DNA of 64,000 nt from Podarcis cretensis (taxonomy: Eukaryota). A program made the position numbers and the translations under genes. The notes below the pieces were generated by a model. It was not told where the DNA came from. It searched no databases and was given only the letters and a program-made list of their open reading frames with translations. This document shows positions 10,965-25,800 of the stretch, one piece after another (position 1 is the first letter of the stretch; each line of letters opens with the position of its first letter). The DNA lies in contig OX638160.1 of the NCBI GenBank assembly GCA_951804945.1, forward strand, positions 27,528,001 to 27,592,000, read 5' to 3'.

Positions 10965-13900
10965 TGGCTGAACACTGTTACTGCCCCCCCCCCTACAATC
11001 AGGAACACTTCATGATCGATGCTTCTGATAGTCAAGGACTCTGCATTCAGCTAAACATACTGACAATACCCTCTTAGACCTTCCTGCTCAGCGCGGGATG
11101 GGTTGGGTGGAAGGAAGGATGAGGCCAGTGTGTGAAAGTCCTTCAGGCCCTCCTGAACACCTGAATAGTGCTGTAATACAGAAAAAATATCAGTAAACGA
11201 AATTCATTTTAGGCATATCCTGTTGATGCATGACCACCGGCAGGCAGGTCCTTTTGAACCCAGAAGAGGGAGGAATGAGACGAGGGCCAGATGGAATGGG
11301 GTGGAGCAGACTTATGCGCACTCCACTGACACACATGTTGACCTGGAACACAACCCCCATGGAAACGGAGAGTTGCCTGTACTTGACATATTAGAAATTC
11401 GTACCAACGATGCAACTCCTCTACAAATTGTAATACATGCATTTTTAGTTGTTTATACTTTTTTCTTCTGACTAAAACTCAGTTGGTGAGACTTGAGAAA
11501 GCAGAATGCAATCTAAATATATGAAGATTCATAGGAGATTTGACAATCGCTTTAGTGTCTGAATAGTGTTGTGTAATTAAAATCAAATACATAGTGTCTT
11601 TTGATTCTGATATTATTCCATAATGGAATATATTACTATTCCACTAAGTTCTTTCAGTTAAACGGTTAAGATGTAGTTAAATTGATGTTCATGTGGTCTT
11701 GGGTCCAAAAAGCTTGCTTTTTAGGCATGCCCAGTCAGATTTTTCACTTTCTCCCCCTTTAAGCCACCGGCCTTTGCATCATATGGCAAACTGCTCTTGC
11801 ATATCCCCTCAGTTTTAGAAATGGTTTATCCTGTGGCATGAAGAACTGCTGTTTGTGAAACATAATCCTGTAGCTCATTTGGGCACATGGAACTAGTTGT
11901 GCAGTTCACTGGCTCCCAGCCACTGTAAACGTTTGAGAAACGTCTTTGAGGAGGGTCTTTTACAGGATCTCCTTTGTTGACAAGCACCGAATATTTCATC
12001 AACATGATACATTTCCCTGTTCTTTTTTGACATACAAATAACCATGCTCATACATCATTTAATGATAAACTGATTTAAAAAACAATATCTTTTCAGATGT
12101 GATGTGTGAAACAAATGCCACACATTCAAAATTTTATAGTTTCTTACCAAAAAAAAAAACCCCATTATGGTCACTCATCAAAGTATTCAGTGAGTAAGAA
12201 GCCACTCCTTCTCCCTCCTTTGTTTCTGTTCATTGATTGCAGTTATGGAATATATTTCTGTATGGACAGAAAACCACACTGTCATCCATAGGATTTTTTA
12301 ATGCATGTAAGTGGGCAGATTTGCAGCTTTTAGTAAGTGTTGTATGTCAATATGGGCTGTGTAGAAGGCTAATGGAGCTGAAAGCCATTCTTTCCTCTGC
12401 TAAGAAGATAAGGCTCTTGCGCTTTCTATTGTTTACCTGAACTTGATGGGGATAGCAACAAATTAATTGGATAGTTGGAGAATCTCTAGTCAATGTGAGG
12501 TGTTGCATTTTTTTGTTTTGTTAGGATACTAATTAAATATTTACTTTCCTTTTTTTTAAAAAAAAGTTTGCTAATTTAAAAGTGGAAAAGGCTATGTTAA
12601 TTGGGTAAGCTAATTAAGCAGCCAAAGGAGAGCAGGAGGGAGGCAAGTGCTAAATACGTAGGTGAACATTTTTGGCTCAGCAAATCTCAAGGTCCTTCTG
12701 TGAGTGGAGCAGGAGCAGGAGCCATATGCCTGGTTGTCAGCAGTCTCATCAAGATCCAGAGACTGCAAAGTCCTGCTGGGGAAATGAAATATCTGTACTT
12801 GAAGGACAAAAGTAGCTACGTGCTGTGGCTGATTTGCAAGTACTGTTTCTCTTTTGCTAGTGGTATTTGCTGCTAGTTTGAGGTTGGCTGATATTTGGAA
12901 GAAACAGCTCATGTTCCAGCATACAGCAACTGGGATCTTTTTTTGTCAAAAGTCTGAATCCTTTTTTTTTTTATTCAGTTGGGTGTTGCGAAGAGCTTGA
13001 ATGGAGGCCTGGCTTTCTGGATTGGTGACTATCATGAGCATAGCATTCTTGTATTGTATAATCTGCTAATATTGTTTCTTGATATCTTTTTTCCAAAAGG
13101 AGCAATACTTTTGTATTTGTTAGTATATGAAATAGGTGTTTGCTTGTCTACTTTTATTACATACAAAATAACAAGGTTTGTCACAAAGAAAGGCTTCTTA
13201 AGGAACAAAAATGGATGTTGAATAGTTCATGGGGTTTTTAATATTTAATGCAAAGTAGGAAATTTGTCATTCTCTTACTAGAGCCTATATTTGGTTCCTG
13301 CTAAGAAAAATGTATTGTATTGGTTTAGTTGTGAAAATCCATTTCTATCTCATTAAAAGTGTTAAGCTGTGCAAAAGGTATTGACTTACAGTATTTGAAT
13401 AGCTTACGTACTAATTGGTTTTCAGCTGTTCTTTGTCTGACTCACCTGCGACTTTATGTTCATAGGCATGTTTTGCTACAAGGTAGGGTGTCTGGTCAAT
13501 TTCTTGCTGCCTTCTGTGACACTATTATGGGATTCCCTTTGAGGCTCTGAATTAAAAGGGACTTTATTATTTTAACATTATGACCTGTTTTTAAAAGTTG
13601 CATTTTAAACTAACGAAATGGCTTCATAGGATGTTACTAAGTTGATTAATAAAAGCTGTGAGTTTGTGGAAAGGGAGTTCAAAGCAAAAGAACATCACAT
13701 GCTTTAAAGGCTCAATATGCTTTTAAATGCAAGTTTACTGGTTTTTAGTCTTTTCTAAGTAGGTATGTCACTTGCTAGTGTGAAGTCTGCAAGTTATATA
13801 TATTAATCTGATCGTGCTTCATGTTGATGTGCTGATCATATTACACATTGCAGTTGTGATGATGATTTCATACTTTCTATCCAGAGATACTGTAGTATGT

Positions 13901-14031
13901 AGAACGTTATAACATTGAGCTTTGTTTTCACCTGCAATGATTCTGAAGGTTTATGTAGAGCACTACTAATCAGTGTCATTTGCAATAAAGAAGAAAACTT
14001 TCACTCTAACAGGATTTTCTTTTGTGTTCAG

Positions 14032-14286
14032 CTTGCACAGTTTAGACAAAGGAAAGCACACTCTGATGGGCAGCATGCACCCAAGAAGCAGAAGAAAAAG
14101 AAAAAGGTATCAAACACCAAAGATGAAGAATCGGTACAAGAAGGTCTGGATATTGACCAGTCTCAAGGAGAAGATGTAGCCCCACACAGCTGTCAAAGAG
14201 GAGCAGCTGCTGCATCTGACTTTGCCATTGTGAGGACTTTGCACAGTGATGAATTGATCAAGCATGATCAAATATATACCACAGAA
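14032..14286 (+). CDS. AKAP9: AKAP9 exon 2 (255 nt, phase 0/0)
   Basis: ttcag|CTTGCACAG...ACAGAA|gtaagt; [25 protein letters not shown]. Confidence 0.95.
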
Positions 14287-17200
14287 GTAAGTGTTTCTGA
14301 GATTAGAAAAACTTATTTTTATTACCATGCATTTTAAAGTCAGAATGAGGAGGTTCCACAGTAATGGTCAGTGGTGAAACTTTGCATTTGAATGTGTTCA
14401 TTAATGTAGTTTCCCAGGCACATTTTAAAAACTAAGCACTATTTGTAAAACTAATATTTTTCCTTACTTACAACTATAAATAAATTTCTAATCTAATTTG
14501 TAAGGGAAGGAAACTGAATGGTTTATGAAGTGCTGATAAATAATCTGCATTTTATTAGATGGAAAATAACTTTAGAGTGTAAAAGCATGTAACTGTTTGA
14601 AGATTATTCCATGACCTATGCAAAAGAATAATTGATCATAGACTAGTTTGGTATTTGGGGTTCCATTTGTAGTGTTTCATGGTCATATCCTCCAACATCT
14701 TGAGTCCCAAAACTGGGACTTGTGTCTTCTCATGTGAGATTATGGAGCCCAAAAGACATACTTTTTTCAGGGTGAGATACTTGTACAAAGTCACGCGAGA
14801 TCATGGCACCCAAGATGGTCACCGTGCTCTCACGTGAAGAAATTGGATGTCCTGTTTTCTCCTGGGCAATTCCAGGGTATGCACTGTTATTCATTTGAAA
14901 TGATGCTGGTAGGCAGGCAGTCTGCTTGCTGTATAAAATATCTCTCACAAGACCTCTATAGATCATGAAGGTGTATGCAAAAACTCCTCCACCAATGTAC
15001 TTGTGTAAGAGGCAAAGAAGGCTGTCTATATACGTGGAAAGTCAAGCAGTCAGCCAAGTAACTAGTTACCAGGAATATAACTAAATATAAACTTTAGATG
15101 ATAACGCTCCATCATGTTGTCCTCATATTCAGGTTTTTCATAGTAGTCTTTGAGGATGATGACACTGAGATATGCAGATTCTCATTAATGTAAGTTTGAA
15201 TATGAAATTTCCATTTCTCATGAAGCATAGGCACTATGTGAAGATCTGCTGCTATCTAGGTTGTCAGTCAGGTAACACATCTATTAATTTTCATTTATGC
15301 TTTCCTCAATCTAATGATAGAATTCCTGGAGCAGACTGCCACTTATATCACATGAATTATGAGTTTTAGATATGGAGCATTCAGATTATTACTTCATGAT
15401 TATTGTGCAAGCTAAGAATGCTTGTGCTAATTCTTCAAGAAGTGTTGCTACTATAAAGTGTAATTTGCACTCATTCATTTTTATTTTCTGATTTTCACTT
15501 TAGAACTTGTCTCTACTGTCAAATATTGTAATCATTCACTTAACATCCTTTGAGATGCTATATATAGGGAAATTTAGTACCTCTTCAGGAAAGTGTTTGA
15601 GAGTATTATCAGTGTTCTCATCTATCAGTACAGTGATATGAGTTGACCTCAAAGAGCTCTTCTGTATAATCTTTTTGAGATGAAGCAAATTCCAATTTCA
15701 CAGTCTGGGAAATTGAGAGACATGCAAAGGATGTTCTGGGCTGATGTTTGGGTTTGCAAATGGATATGAAACTAGGCCTCTTAAAAGAAAGGAATAATGT
15801 AGCACAGCTTGTGTTCTTTTGGACTGTCTCATCCTAACCAAATAAGCAGACAGCTCAGTGATTGGGATTCAAATACCGACTGTACCAAGAGTTTGGGCAT
15901 GTTCAGTCTTCCCATGTGAACCAACAGACCCTGCAGTCATCATCTGAGGCCCTTTGTGTGCCTCCATGAGAGGTCTGGAGGGTGGGAACACAAGAACAGG
16001 CCTTTTCTGTGGTGGCTCCCCACTCAGGGAGGCTTCTTCCCAGGGAGGCTTGCCTGGTGCTTTTGTTACATATCCTTAGGTGCCAGACAAAAATAATGAC
16101 GATAATCAGTGGAACTTCTAACTCTCTTTATTTGAACAGGGAAGGTTGGTTTGCTTCATGGAACTCAAGGAGTAGGAAAAAAACAAAAGAACAGAAGTAA
16201 TGAAAAGCACTGATATATCAGGCCCATGCAGCATGTATTTTATGTACACCACAGTAAAACAGAATGGGAAGAAAGGCTCAGATAGCTAGATTTCCCTGAG
16301 TAATGTAGTAGACTGGCATCTTATATGTACAGTACATACCTAACCATGCATGTATTAGATGACTGCATTATAATATCCTTTCAAAATATACTTTTACATT
16401 TTTACATCTCTGAGTAATTGTTCTTACTTACCATAAGGCTACAGAGGTAGGACAAAGTGAACATTTTTTAAAAAGGAAAAATGATATGCAAAAAGTTGGT
16501 TTGGTTTTAGTAAATCTGTAAAATGAAGATTTGCAAGGCAGTCTTTGGGATTTGCCTCTTCTTTCACCCTATCACTTTTTTGCACAGTATTCTGTAAAGC
16601 TCAAATCAAGAGGACACAAAAAGGGATTATATTGTTTTCTTCTTTTAAATATCCAGTTGTTACTTGCCTCATTTCTAGAAAGGAGTTTCCTTTTGAGTTA
16701 GCACACTTGGGCACACAGTTATTTGGATCTCAATCTCTGTGTTTATCTAATGGAATAAATCTAATTTGATCTGTTTGGCTAGGGTTTTAATGTTCAGTTA
16801 TATTTCTTGGCAGAGCAAATAGCCAGTTGTAGCCAAGCATTATGCCTGAAAGTTGACCTATTTTATTTTTTTAGAACATTTAAAACCAATAACGTGGTTC
16901 TCTGTGCAGTCTTGCAATTAGGTTCTATGCTTGTACAGAATGTCCTCAGAAAGTTGTAATGTTTTGCTTAGGGAGCTGGCACTCTCATGTAGAGAAAATA
17001 CTGTATACATGCCCCAAGAGATAGGATAAGTGCCTTTTTGCTCACTTATTTTCTGACTGTCTTACAACCAACATTGCTGAGAACTTTCTTGAATAGTTTT
17101 CTTTTTGGGGTTCTTAAAATTCCTATCTTGCCACCATTACTTGTAGTCAGGGAGACCTTTTCATAACTTTCTAGGTTGTGTGGTGTATCTATTTTCTAAA

Positions 17201-20200
17201 AATTATTTCACTCTTTCCGCCTGGGTATGCACTTAAAAAAAAAAATCTAAGATGGCCTACACAAAAAACATAGATTTCTAATTATCTAGGAATGAAGTTT
17301 AGCAGTTGTCTCTGTTAATAGCCTTAATGAGTGAGTGGAATGAAACTTCTTTTGAGGCTTTAAGACCAGCTTTTGCTCATTATGACTCCTGCTCACTTAC
17401 CATAATTTTGGCGTTTCTAAGATGGGTTTCCTCACAGCATAAAATAAAATAAAATCTGAAAACAATACAAAAAATACTTCTTATACTCTCTACAGCTTTC
17501 AGTACCGATAGCCATGCCATTCTGCTGGACTGGCTCCATGGAATGGGAACTGGGGGCACCTAAGGGACTGTGAGTCGAGGAAGTAGCATTGGGAGAGTTC
17601 TTTCAACTGCCTAGAAGTTATGATGTGGCATGCTGCAGAGCACATTCATCCCCAATGACTATACCATTGGGAATGGTCATTAGGAGTTTGGGAGCAAAGT
17701 ACCATCAATACATGAATGGCACTCATCTCTGTTTCTCTTATTGCATCTGAATCAGGAGAAGCCCTGGAGGCCCTGGGTCACAGTGGTGGGGTGGATGAGG
17801 GAACGTAAGCTGAGATTGAATCCTGGCAAGATGGAGGCGTCGTGGGTGAATGGTACCCGTGTGTAAGAAATTTGTCAATTGCTTATTGTGGACAGGGATG
17901 CATTTCCTTTGAAGTAGCAGGAGCAGATAGAGTTTTGGAGGTGTTTTGGATTCAGCTTTGTTATTGGAGGCCCAGATAGCCTCATTGGCTAAAAGCACCT
18001 TCTACCAGCTTCTCCTGGCATGACAGCTATGGCCATTCCTGGACTGGGAGAGCTTGACCACAACAATTTAGGCATTGGTGACTGACTTTGTGGGGATTGC
18101 CTTGCACTTAACCCTGCACTTAGAGAGAGGGGTATGTGTGTGTAGACAAAGACACACACACACACTCACACACATGTGCCAGTTCCAAATGGTATGTGGA
18201 TTTGGAAGAATCAGTGAAACAAAACAACTAATTGCTATAATCACCATTTAATTAGAGCCTATGCAACATATTTTCCGCAGAGAGCAACAAAGGTCTGTGT
18301 ACCCAGTTGTCTTCAGATTTGGTATCCCTGCTGTAAAGGACCTTAATTTTTGTACAGCACATTGTTAATTCTAGGTGCTCTTAGCAATAATAAATGGTGC
18401 TTTTTTATGCCTCTTGAAGTAATGACTGTTGCAGTTCCTCTCATGTGTTTTGAGTACTGCAGAGTGAAAGGGAAGGATAAAGATTTGGTCCTGTGGCTGG
18501 GGGTTGGGTGTTTGTTATGCTTTTCACTCCATTTGAAATACTTTCTGGAATCATAAAAATAAAAGGATTCGGTTGTTTGAAATGGGTGTGTTTATTTTTG
18601 TCCTTTTATTTTTTTATCTTCTTTTAGCTGGAAAGTGAGATTTCCACTACAGCGGATGATTATAGCTCTGAGGTAAGATCAAAATTGATGCTTCATGTGC
18701 TGCAGTGGGTTTTCATACTTGACTGTTTTTCTGTTTAAAGACAACAGTAAAATATTTAGTAACATTTAGTATTTTTTAAATGTTGTAAATGATACATTAA
18801 TGTTTGCTGAGAGAAAGTGAGTCATGTAAAATCTTTATAAATGAAAAGTAATGGTTGTGCTTTTTAAGTTCTGTGTTGTGCAGGTATGGCGGGTATGTAA
18901 AAATAAGAAATTAGAACCATGCTGAAATTTGAAAGGGAAATGTTTGTATCACAGCTTGTCCGTTACTGTTGCACCCTGTTATTTCATTATACTTTTTAGT
19001 GTTCTGGATATATCATTATTTCCTTTCTATAGCAGATTAAATGCCAAGGTGAGTAAGCTAAAATTATTAACAGGAAAGTTCTTTGGTGAGAAAATGTCTA
19101 TGAAGGAAACACTCAGCATGAGCAAGACTTATAGTGCCAATATTTATTTGCAAACTTGGTCAGCAACTCTGTTCAGTTGCCCGTGGAAAAGTCTGTCTGT
19201 GTTCAGTGCATAGATACAGAGAAATGTAATGTTTCCGATCTCTATAACTATAGTTAAGAGATTAGAATGGGTTGTGGGCTTGCAGATTTCCTCCCATCAT
19301 CTCCTGCTAATCATGATGTAGTGTTACAGCTGCAATGATGCTTCTAGTTTTGTATATATCCTAGGTATTTTATGTATAATGAGTTTCTGATTTATTTAAG
19401 TTAAATATATTTAGTTATGACTACCAAATGAACCATTTTCACTTAACAGCTATTACTTCTGTCTTGTTTCATGTACGTACCGTGCATATTAAGTGGAAAA
19501 TATACAGGCTGTGTGTCTGTCTGTGGCAAGCACCAGCAGAGAATAGCAGTGGCTGTCCCATTGTCAAAGAGGCTTTATTTTGTCTTTGTTATGGCAGTAG
19601 TCTAGCTCCTGTACTGGCTTGGTGCCAGTACGCCATTGCTTGGAAGAAGCCCCAGGCAAGTGCAGACTACGGAAGATTGCTCCCAAACCACTAAATCAAG
19701 TGGAGTAAAAAATCCAGATATTCTTACAGAACACTTAGCAGGAGTAGAAAACTCCTAGTAATTATTGCAATTTGATGGTGAACACAAATGTGTATTTCAA
19801 ACACGTGTAGTTTTACAGCTAAGGTTTGCAGAGGATACTTGTTCCAAAGTTTATAATTTTAGTAATAGCAACTGCATCCCAGCTCCCTAGATCTGCTTCC
19901 TCTACTCCCAGATCTATCTCCAATACAAGGTGTGCTTGAAGACTATATATTTGTGTTTTTACAATTCCCAGAACCTGAATATTTTCTGTAAATGGCAGAG
20001 ATTTAAGAAAAGCCATGCATGTGCATGTGTTAATATAGTTTGCAGGATTTCACATTATACTAAAACTTTCCCCCTATACTAGTATTCGTTTACAGAATGT
20101 ACTACCATCCTATAAACCAGGGGTGGAAAACCTATGGCCTTGCAGTTGTTGCTGAACTCTTAACTTCCATCAGTCCCAGCCTGCTTAACCAATAGTCAAT

Positions 20201-22793
20201 TATGAAAGCTGTAGTCTAGCCAGATCTGGAAGACTACAGGTTTCCCATCTGTGCTATAGAACTATAAAATAGGATAATGGTTAAAAAAAATATATCTTCC
20301 CATTTTCCTTGTGTTGTTAGCTCTAAGCCAGTGAATTGTTACAGCGTTCCTGTTCATTTGTTGGCTGTCTGCAGGAAGGGAAGCCTCCAGAACACAAGCC
20401 ACCCCAAAACTAACAAAAAGAAAAAACCCCAGCTGTATTTCCAATATCAGCTACTTATAAAGCTTGATTTAGGCTGCAATTCTATACCCACTTAACTTGG
20501 ATTAAGTCCTACTGAACTCAGTGAGGTTTATTTATGTGTAGACATGTATAGAATTGCACTGTGTGACAGTTGCATACCTTGAACTGTTTTGTTTTTGCAA
20601 TGGTGAATATATGCAAAAGTGAATATATTTTTGTACTGAGTTCATATAGCCACTGTAACAAAACAGGTGATTCCACCCCCCTGATAAATTATTACTACTA
20701 TATGGTCTAAGTGGATCCTACCTGGGAGAATCTAGAATGACAGCAGCTGGAATTTTTTTAAAGGAAAATATTATCTGCTTAAAGCACCACCTTTAGCAAA
20801 ACTGTCTGCCACTTTTGATAACATTAAGCTTTTGCTTAATTACTGGAGTCATGACAAATGTAAAATAATTATTGGAGCCCATGCTTGCGACCAAAGCAAG
20901 AGTGGAATAGCATTTGTGAGTTTCCTAGAGAGAATCATTCGGAGAATTTACAGCTTCAAGTAAGACTTTTACTGTATTGACATGGGACTAGTTGCTCTTT
21001 AAAACTGTGGTATGCTTTCAGAATTTTAGGAGATTGATACATTTTGGGGGCCAGTTATTTACTTAATTTAAAGTAAAAATGTGATACTGACCTCTTGTGG
21101 TAGAAGGTGTTACAGTCGTACCTTGGAAGCTGAATGGAATCCATTCCTGAAGTCCGTTCGACTTCCAAAATCTTTGGAAACTAAGGTGCAGCTTCTGATT
21201 GGCTGCAGAAAGCTCCTGCAGCAAATTGGAAGCTGAGCCAGAAATTTGGGTTCCAAATAACGTTCACAAACCGGAATACTCACTTCCGGGTTTGCAGAGT
21301 TCGGGAGCCAATATGTTCGACTCGCAAGGCGTTCGTCAACCAAGGTATGACTGTACTATATTTCATACGTTGAATTGTTTTGTTGCTTTTAAGTCTTGAG
21401 CATATATCTTGTATGCTGGATGATATGGTTGCCATACGTCCGGAATTTCCTGGACATATCCTGAATACTGTAGTCAGAAGCAGCACCTGGATGGAAATTT
21501 GGGGGGGGGGGGGTGTCCAGGAAAATCCAGACGTATGGCAACCCATGTTGGCAGTGTCTTTTTTGCCACCTTCCTTAAAAATAGCTCAAAAACATCAATT
21601 GTTTTGTGTTTTTGCCATAAAAGCGAAACAGCTTTGCTCGCTCTCCCCCCCCAAAAAAAAGCTTAACAATTTTTGTGTTGAATTTTCACTTTTTGAAACA
21701 TGACAACCCTATATAAAGGAAATGCGTTTCAAGCACATTTGCCTTAAACTTTTAACTTTCTGTTGTGCATCTGTAAGAAACACGCAGAACCATACTGAGA
21801 ATTACACAGAAGGTTTCCACATGGAAAGGTAGTGATAGTTTAGGAGGGCTGTGGGATCCTAGGCACCCACATTGGAGTTTAGGAGGACTTTTGTATCTAG
21901 AGGCCCCATCTGAACTATACATTTAAAGCAGCATTTAAAGCAGCACTTTAAGCTTTCATGGCTCCCCAGCCCCAAATAATCCTGGGAATCATAGTTTGTT
22001 AAGGGTGCTGAGAGTTATTAGGAGACCTCCTCTTTCCTTTCGCTGAGCAACAATTCCAGAGTTAGCACATGGGGCAAGTTTCAAGCACCCTCCTGCACAG
22101 GCGGAAAGTGGTTCTTGAACTCTTTAGAAGAGGAAGATGCAAAAATGCCTCCCAGAGGCATCACTTCGCAGTGCATGGTAGCCCACTCTGGATAACCTCA
22201 ATATTGGGACAAGTTTCTTCATGGAAACGTACCATCTATTTGTCTGAATCCCAACTGCTCTGAGACCTGCGGGTATAGGGCGGTATAAAATTCAATAAAT
22301 AATAATAATATAAGATGGACCTAGGGTAATATGGGAGGATGGAATTCACATATGAGATGAAAAGGATGGGGAATGTAGTATGTTCTGTCCTGATAGGGAA
22401 CTCATTTATATATTGTACCTTGGAGGGTTTTTAAAGAATTGGTATCTGCACATTCTGCAAAAGGTTTAATGCTCTGCTATATTCAAACCACCAGTTTATT
22501 TTCAGTAGCGCTTAATAATTCACATGCTTTCTGTGTGCCTTTACACCGTGGCGAAAATCTTCAGTACAAAATTGTTGAGTTAAAACAAAGTTTAAGTTGG
22601 AACGAGATGACCTGGAATAATAACGGACTAGTTCAGCAGACAAATTCTGCAGCTCTTTTTATTGAACACTAATGTTAACGACTTCTGTGTTTTGCTGTTC
22701 AGTGCTGTAAGCATAGACATTAGATTGCAGGTTACTTTATTTTAATAGTGTTCTATTCCTCAGCCCAGAGTCTGGCTTTCTGGGAGTGAATTA

Positions 22794-22826
<33 letters not shown>

Positions 22827-25800
22827 CTACTTACTTACCTGCTTACTTAGCTTTTATTTATTTTGTAACATTTATACACCGCTTGTTTGCAGAAAAAACC
22901 TCAAAGCGGTTTAGTAAAAAGGTAAAATAATGAAATTATCACACAAAATTTTACAGCAAAAAGTTAAAACAACAAAAGACTGTAACAAATTGAAACTCTC
23001 ATGAACTTTCTAAACATCTGCGTAGGTTTGTCTAAATAAGAATGTTTTTAGCAGGTGCCAAAAAGAATACAGTGAAGGTGCCTCATATCAGTAGTGTTGT
23101 GGGTGCTAAGATCCCCCCCATACACAATATTTTATGGGAATCATGGCAGAGTATTCTTTTCAAAATCATGTCACTTAAAATTTAGATATTTGGCCCTTTC
23201 ATGCACCTTCATTCTCATAAGGCAATAATTCATAGAATTAACTCCCAGTGAAACACCAAAAATACATTGATAACTTATTTCTGTCTTTTGGTGTATGTAT
23301 ATTACAGAAACTTTGATCTAGTTTCTGCTGATATGCACATCTTACTTTTGGACAGCGTATTAATATCATATCTTTTAAAATAAAAAGCTGCTACATGGCA
23401 AATTGGTATGTAAATCTGAACACTGAGGATTTGGAACCCTATAAATATACAAACTGTTTATCTGAACTGGTTCAGATTTTTGTATGGAAAACATGCTATG
23501 GAAAACGGCAGTGTTCTTTGTTATATCTTACTGTCCAAAAAGCTATGGACTTACTGGCTGTATTTGCATAATTTGAGGGAGGAATAAAATGTAAACAGGC
23601 AAAGCTAGAATCTGAGGCTGTAATCCTGTGTATGTTTGCTGAGGAATAAGCCCCTTTGAATTCCATGGGACTTAATTGTGAGTAAATATGTGCAGGGTTG
23701 CATTGTAAGTTACAATTTAAATTTATAATGCATCTAGAAATTCTTTTTATACAGGTAAATGGTTGCAGTTTTTTGACAAGAACAGAGGTACCTGCAGACT
23801 TTATTAGGGTATAGTATTTAAAATTAAATCATGGCACTCAATACTAAACACACTTGATGCTTTGCATTGGGGAATGTATCAGGATTGCTAACAGAAATTC
23901 ATTTGCTTGCATGCTATAAAAGTTTACTACCTTATGTAGTTTATACATGTATGCTATTGCTTCTTCAGTAATCTTTGGAAGACAAAATTCAGTTTATAAC
24001 TGATGTCACAGCAGTGCTGTATTGTTACTGCTCTCCTGGAGCAAATTATACTAACAAAACAGGTTTCCATAGCAATGTGCTAAAGTGCTATCTGATGAGA
24101 AGGAAATGTTTTAAGTATCCTCACCTTGAACAAATTTTATAAAATGCTGAGATGCTAAGGAACTTGGATTGGTTTAGGAAGAAGAATTTGGATTTGGAGA
24201 GAATTATTCTGAGCTTGGGATACAGCATTCTATAGCACGACTGGAGATGATGGAGAATGAATTGGCTGGAAAACAGCAAGAGATTGAAGAGCTAAACAGA
24301 GAGCTAGAAGAAATGAGGGCAGCATATGGTACAGAAGGATTGCAACAGGTATAATTACCTTACGTTGCTTTCTGCATGCTTTGTAGCCGTACACACAGTC
24401 TTTCAGTATTGCTTGTCATAATTCAAAGGCATTGAATGTGAGAGAGAAGAATGTCAGTGGTGTCCATGTTCATTATCATTTTGCTTTATGAAAGAATACC
24501 ATATGTCGTAACGCTTTCTATCTCTTTTGGTTTTGTGTTCATGAGTTTTGCTCTTGGCTCTGTGAGTTATAGCAGTAGAAAAATTGACCCTCTATTGAAA
24601 AGACATGGGGTTGTCCCATCCCCACCAATGCAGCCTATTTCTGTGTTTTTGTTCTTGTTTTTAAAAAGGACAGTGCCAAAATAGCACGCTCCTCCTATTA
24701 AACAAGAACCTTGTTACCCGAGTTGTACTACAAACAGAATGAAATCACCTGCCTAGTTCTTAAGTAAGGAAAATGACTGCTAAAATTATGTCTGCCCCAT
24801 ATTATTAAAGGTTCTCTGTATGTAATGTGTAGATGTGACTATAGTCCACATTGGTTTCTCATCTGTCCCTGCCCACGGTAAAGATGGGGGTGACCATGGG
24901 AACAGCATGGCTGAGCAATCTGCCCAGTCATGGAATTTTTGTGCAACCATACTGGAACAAGATTTCAGCCAGCCATGTAGATTCACTGCTGGGTAATTTG
25001 CATGCACACCATGCACATTTAGATAATTTACATGTGTGTCAATGGGCAATGTACACATGTGCATCTGATTTATAGATGTAGATGTATAGAGTGGCTGGGG
25101 CAACCCTGTCATACGGGTGGTGTACAAAAAATAAATTATTATAAATTGTTATTTGACCTTTGGCCTGGTGCTTCTGTGCATCAGCTGACAGAGGACAGTG
25201 CCAACTGCAAACCAAACAAAAATCTGAAGGAGAAATTCGAAACATGTTGAAGGAAATTATTGTGTCTATTTGCAAACCCACTCCATTCCAAAAAATGGTT
25301 TTCATAATGTGTTTTGAGTGTGACAAGTCTTTGTCAGTGGCAGTAGTCACTACTTGTTTCCTGAGTGAGGGGCTTCTTTATATTAGGAAGAGTGCTTTAT
25401 AGCCCAAGCTTTCTGTGCAACCCCTTTCCCTTTGTATCCCCCATAATCCCATCCCAAAAACTATTCCAGAAAGTGTAGAGATAACCTGATGCAGCAAGGA
25501 GCAGTGGAAGAAGAACCAGGAAATGGGGAGGGTATTCAAGCACTTGGAAGGTGGCACGTGATTCTTTGGTTCTTGGCCATTGTTTGTTCTGATAGGCCAG
25601 ATAATTCTTATTCTTACCAAGCATCTGGTTTTTTAAAAATACCTTAAATCAAGGAAATTGTATATGCTGCCTTGGCCCCATTGGAGTCAAAAGGTGGGAT
25701 AAATATTTGATTAAATAAAAATTAATAAATGAACAGCTATAGTTGTTTCCTGCATTTAATTGAAGCTGCTTTTGGACCAAATTCATTTAGCTTAGTAGTG

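Noticed and set aside
12600-12980. Possible alternative first exon/promoter upstream of exon 2
   Set aside because: No CpG island and no convincing ATG-donor combination in phase with exon 2; cannot be supported from sequence alone.
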